From: Candidatus Altiarchaeota archaeon
GTDB taxonomy: Archaea > Altiarchaeota > Altiarchaeia > IMC4 > QMZM01
Direction of reading: 5' to 3'
NCBI GenBank assembly: GCA_030609775.1
Contig: JAUWTD010000001.1
Coordinates: 1-58,575, forward strand
Length of the DNA: 58,575 nucleotides
Below are positions 55,432-58,575 of this stretch, piece after piece (the stretch's first letter is position 1; every line of letters starts with the position of its first letter). The notes below the pieces were generated by a model that was not told where the DNA came from, ran no database searches, and saw only the letters and a program-made list of their open reading frames with translations. The position numbers and the translations under genes are program-made.

Positions 55432-55992
55432 TTAGATTACTGCACCAATCTCTATAATAGCCTTCTTTGTTTTTTTGGCTGCCTGATCTACATCATCACG
55501 TGTTTTAGCCCCGGTTATTATCAGTTTCCCGGATCGGAAGACAAGCATTACAGTTTTTGGCTCAGCTAAGGAGAACACTAGACCAGGGAACTGCTCTGGC
55601 TCATATTCCGTATTATCGCATTCCATTGCAAGAATATCCAAATTAACAGTCATTTCCATATCAGCTGATGCAACAATATTCTGAACCTTGACGTCGGGTT
55701 CTTTTTTGACTATTATACCTCCTTCAGCAAGCTTCTCTTTTAACTGCACCACAGCCGCCTTAATGTCTTCTTTAGATCTTGCACCTGCACAGATTATCTT
55801 ACCTGAACTGAAGATAAGCATCGCCATCTTAGGATTTTTTATCCTGTAAACCGCACCAGGAAACCTATCAGGATTATATTCTAGACCTTTAACTGTCGTA
55901 GTGAATTCCTTCATATCTATCTTTTGATCTATTGTTACTGCAGAAACCATGTTCTCAATCTTAGGTTTAATCCCCATTTTCATACGCCTCAT
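55432..55992 (-). CDS. tbp: TATA-box binding protein
   Basis: 186 aa with two direct repeats (IENMVSAV..EYNPDRFPGAVYRI..PK.A.LIFSSGKI.CAGA and VQNIVASA..EYEPEQFPGLVF.L..PK...LVFRSGKLIITGA). Confidence 0.9.
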   Translation of the reverse strand: MRRMKMGIKPKIENMVSAVTIDQKIDMKEFTTTVKGLEYNPDRFPGAVYRIKNPKMAMLIFSSGKIICAGARSKEDIKAAVVQLKEKLAEGGIIVKKEPDVKVQNIVASADMEMTVNLDILAMECDNTEYEPEQFPGLVFSLAEPKTVMLVFRSGKLIITGAKTRDDVDQAAKKTKKAIIEIGAVI

Positions 55993-56047
55993 ACATAAAT
56001 AGAATTAAAGCACAAAACTAAAAGAATCAGTTTTTTAAACAAAAAGA

Positions 56048-56869
56048 TTATATTGACATTACAATGTCATCTATCTGTTTCTTATCCCACCGGAGAAAGT
56101 AGTCTTGGTTGCGTGGCATCCAGCCTTCTATGATCATGTATCCATCATATGGATTCAATGCATGTATGAATTTTTTGAAGTCTATGTTCCCAAGACCGAT
56201 AGGTAGATGATCATCTACGCCAGTGTTATCGCTGATGTGAACGTGCGCAACATAATCCTTTAGCTCCTCTGCAAAATGGTCAGGGCTTAAGCCGGTGGTG
56301 TTTGCGTGTGCAGCATCCAGACAGATTTTGAAGTGATCAGAGTCAACAAGATTACATATATAAAGTATCTCCTTTATGTGGACACACAATGCTGTCGGCT
56401 TTGATGATATATTCTCCATGCAAAGCTGGACGCCAAAGTCTTCTGAAATCTCAGCTAATCTCTTGAAGTTTTTGGCCATTATATTCAGGATACGGTCTTT
56501 GAGGTATTTCCTTGATGCCAGATGACCTGGGTGGACTACGACAATATTAGAGTTAAGATAGTTTGCAGTCTCAATGCATTCAGATATCTGGTGCATTACC
56601 TCTTTTCTAACCCCTAGATTTAGTGTAGCCAAGTTTAGGTCATGGTAGGGTGCATGCAAGGACACACCAATATCCAGGGTACTTAAGGTATCATAGATTT
56701 TCTCTTTGGTCTCCTTTGCCTTCAATGTCCCCCAACCTTTAAACAACGGGCTCTGGCAATGAATCTCTGCGCACTCAAACCTAAGATCATCTGCTAGATG
56801 CGACAGAACATATTCAATATCCAGTTTTTCATAGTCCCAGAATATCTGGGTTGAGATGCCAAGTTTCAT
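56048..56869 (-). CDS. Sugar phosphate isomerase/epimerase (xylose isomerase-like TIM barrel)
   Basis: 273 aa with the HAPY, VVVHPG, LCMEN, DAAHAN and HISDN ladder typical of the AP_endonuc_2/TIM-barrel family. Confidence 0.7.
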   Translation of the reverse strand: MKLGISTQIFWDYEKLDIEYVLSHLADDLRFECAEIHCQSPLFKGWGTLKAKETKEKIYDTLSTLDIGVSLHAPYHDLNLATLNLGVRKEVMHQISECIETANYLNSNIVVVHPGHLASRKYLKDRILNIMAKNFKRLAEISEDFGVQLCMENISSKPTALCVHIKEILYICNLVDSDHFKICLDAAHANTTGLSPDHFAEELKDYVAHVHISDNTGVDDHLPIGLGNIDFKKFIHALNPYDGYMIIEGWMPRNQDYFLRWDKKQIDDIVMSI

Positions 56870-56875
56870 TTAAAT

Positions 56876-58117
56876 TTAAACCTTTAATGTCATCAATGGT
56901 TGAAGTTTTGCAACAGGAGTAGCTAGATCATATTCCATGACTTTTTCTATCACACTGTTGCCCCTGTAGTCAAATGGAAGCGCACGAGGGTTCATAAGTA
57001 TCATCTCCCCGAAACTGGAAACACCTCTTTTAGCGGTCTTACTTATGTCAGATACCTTAGAGATAGGTTTGGTATCACTTAGGATGAAGTGGTTGCCAAT
57101 CTTGGTTCTAACAACTTTTATGTTAGAGTACTGTAGATTAATCGCATAGCCTCCGCCGTGCGGGAGAATGTTTATGTTCTTTAAACCATCAGATAATCCA
57201 ACTGCTTCAGCGCTCTTGTCGAATCCGGTCATACCTAAAACATCAGAGGATAGATTCTCTTTTCCCTTAAAGATATAGACAGGGTAATCCCATCTAAGCG
57301 CTACAGGAAATAATGCTTCCCCGGGAGGATAGGATTTATCCATGGTGTCATGGCAGCCTAACCTGATCTCGTTTTTTGCAAATAAACCCTGGTGAGTTAT
57401 GTTAGATAGGATCTCACAGTCGCCGAGTACGGCCTTTGCGAGAATCTCCCTGCGCTTCTTTGAAAACTCATCAAATTCCAGCCATCTGCGATAATATTCT
57501 TTAGCATCCTGCCCATCTAGAATAGATATCCTGCCAAGGGGTGTGTTAACCCATTCACCATCCTCTTCAATAGTATAGAAATATTCTTTCTTTTCTTGCG
57601 CAGAACCATGCAAGATAGCGTATCTGCCGTCCTCAGGCATCAGTTCAGCTACTTCATGTGAGACACCTAGAGGCTTATAAAACTCAAAAAAATGATTCCC
57701 TTTACCAAAATCAGGGGTTAATCTAACATCGTCAAGATATAACTCAGATTCCTCAACCGCAACAGCGCGCTCAATCAATTCCTCATTTGAGGGCATATCA
57801 TCCAATCTCACAAGAATCATCCCACAACTATTGGGTTTAAGCTCAGGGAAAAATATGCCTGAATCAGGCCACCTTATCACCGCACCATAGCCAAACCCGC
57901 TGTTCCAGCGTTTAATGTTCCGACTTATCGTAGCGTCCGGACCGAAAACAGAATAGACATCTGGGCTGTCTAATGCATAGATCATCTTCCCTATACCATA
58001 ACGCATATTCTCATAAGACAATGCAGAGGAGAGATCCCGTAAACCCAAAGAAAAAATCCTCTGTCCACTAAAATCAAGCAACATCTTATCAGACATCTGG
58101 CTTATTTTCGTTTCCAT
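56876..58117 (-). CDS. Divergent RtcB-superfamily protein (function unknown)
   Basis: 413 aa. Collinear weak matches to RtcB blocks: GFGYGAVI (GYGFPIGG), NSCGMILVRL (DINCGVRL), GKGNHFFEF (GSGNHFLEV), AILHGSAQ (MVHTGSRG), ITHQG (VAHNIG), LPHGGGY (CHGAGR) and AKLQPLMTLKV (ARMRPIGVAKG). Confidence 0.5.
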   Translation of the reverse strand: METKISQMSDKMLLDFSGQRIFSLGLRDLSSALSYENMRYGIGKMIYALDSPDVYSVFGPDATISRNIKRWNSGFGYGAVIRWPDSGIFFPELKPNSCGMILVRLDDMPSNEELIERAVAVEESELYLDDVRLTPDFGKGNHFFEFYKPLGVSHEVAELMPEDGRYAILHGSAQEKKEYFYTIEEDGEWVNTPLGRISILDGQDAKEYYRRWLEFDEFSKKRREILAKAVLGDCEILSNITHQGLFAKNEIRLGCHDTMDKSYPPGEALFPVALRWDYPVYIFKGKENLSSDVLGMTGFDKSAEAVGLSDGLKNINILPHGGGYAINLQYSNIKVVRTKIGNHFILSDTKPISKVSDISKTAKRGVSSFGEMILMNPRALPFDYRGNSVIEKVMEYDLATPVAKLQPLMTLKV

Positions 58118-58172
58118 TTTTTCTATAGAGTATTTCTGAATATATTACCTCTTCAGAGTATAATAATAAAGG

Positions 58173-58575
58173 ATGTATATACTCATAGATGAAAAAGGCA
58201 GACACTATCTAGTAAAAGGCACAGCAGATGTCCACACCAATTATGGAGTTATTAAGGTAGATGACTTAAGAGAAGAGAACATAGGCAAAGAGATAGAAAG
58301 CCATATGATGCGAAAATTCTTTCTTCTTAAACCAGGGATAGTTGACTTCATAGATAAGGCAAAGAGGGGGCCACAGACTATATCACCTAAGGATTACGGG
58401 ATTATTGCAGCACATACGGGAATACATTCAGGCAGCAGAATCCTTGATTCAGGAACAGGGTCAGGTGTAATGTCTATGTTTCTTGCAAACATCACCTACC
58501 CTGAAAAACTCATAACATATGATATACGCGAAGATTTTGCAGCAATCGCAAAAGAAAACTTTGAAAAAGCAGGTT
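58173..58575 (+). CDS. trmI: tRNA (adenine-N1)-methyltransferase TrmI/Gcd14-like, N-terminal part (runs off window)
   Basis: Own translation: MYILIDEKGRHYLVKG...FLLKPGIVDFIDKAKRGPQTISPKDYGIIAAHTGIHSGSRILDSGTGSGVMSMFLA. The beta-N-domain, the R.PQ.I.PKD motif and the SAM motif D.GTGSG match the family. Confidence 0.7.
   Translation, partial: MYILIDEKGRHYLVKGTADVHTNYGVIKVDDLREENIGKEIESHMMRKFFLLKPGIVDFIDKAKRGPQTISPKDYGIIAAHTGIHSGSRILDSGTGSGVMSMFLANITYPEKLITYDIREDFAAIAKENFEKAG

Overview
This is an AT-rich archaeal chromosomal segment. The archaeal assignment rests on an A1Ao ATP synthase, TBP, NucS/EndoMS, deoxyhypusine synthase, GHMP-type shikimate kinase, Ftr, a class III signal-peptide pilin and archaeal-type SecFD. 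All family calls come from motifs read in the supplied translations; no database search was run. Housekeeping genes are tightly packed, often with 4-nt ATGA overlaps: gatB-trkH-aroK-yjbQ-nadE, ilvB, the atp genes, secFD, PPAT, dys, tbp and nucS. Interleaved with them are cell-envelope and accessory genes: a glycosylation cluster, an exosortase-like sorting system with a PEP-CTERM-like substrate, and many lipobox/poly-Thr/Cys-rich secreted proteins with in-frame tandem repeats. The most unusual items are these. (1) A 108-nt double-hairpin element occurs in two 100% identical copies 7 kb apart. (2) A translationally coupled KaiC-like ATPase, Roadblock-like protein and Cys-rich/CARDB transmembrane protein form a three-gene module. 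(3) A tRNA-Leu-associated island (about 48.6-53.6 kb) holds AbiEi/AbiEii, HEPN-MNT and Fic modules, two of which are bracketed by long degenerate direct repeats. It sits next to a 31-nt duplication of the tRNA 5' part, and no integrase is visible. (4) The atp locus is fragmented, with atpK and atpI inverted and a 53-bp tandem repeat in the atpH/atpK promoter gap. (5) galE carries an in-frame TAG. (6) A divergent RtcB-like gene is paired with a TIM-barrel gene. No CRISPR array, rRNA or transposase was seen.
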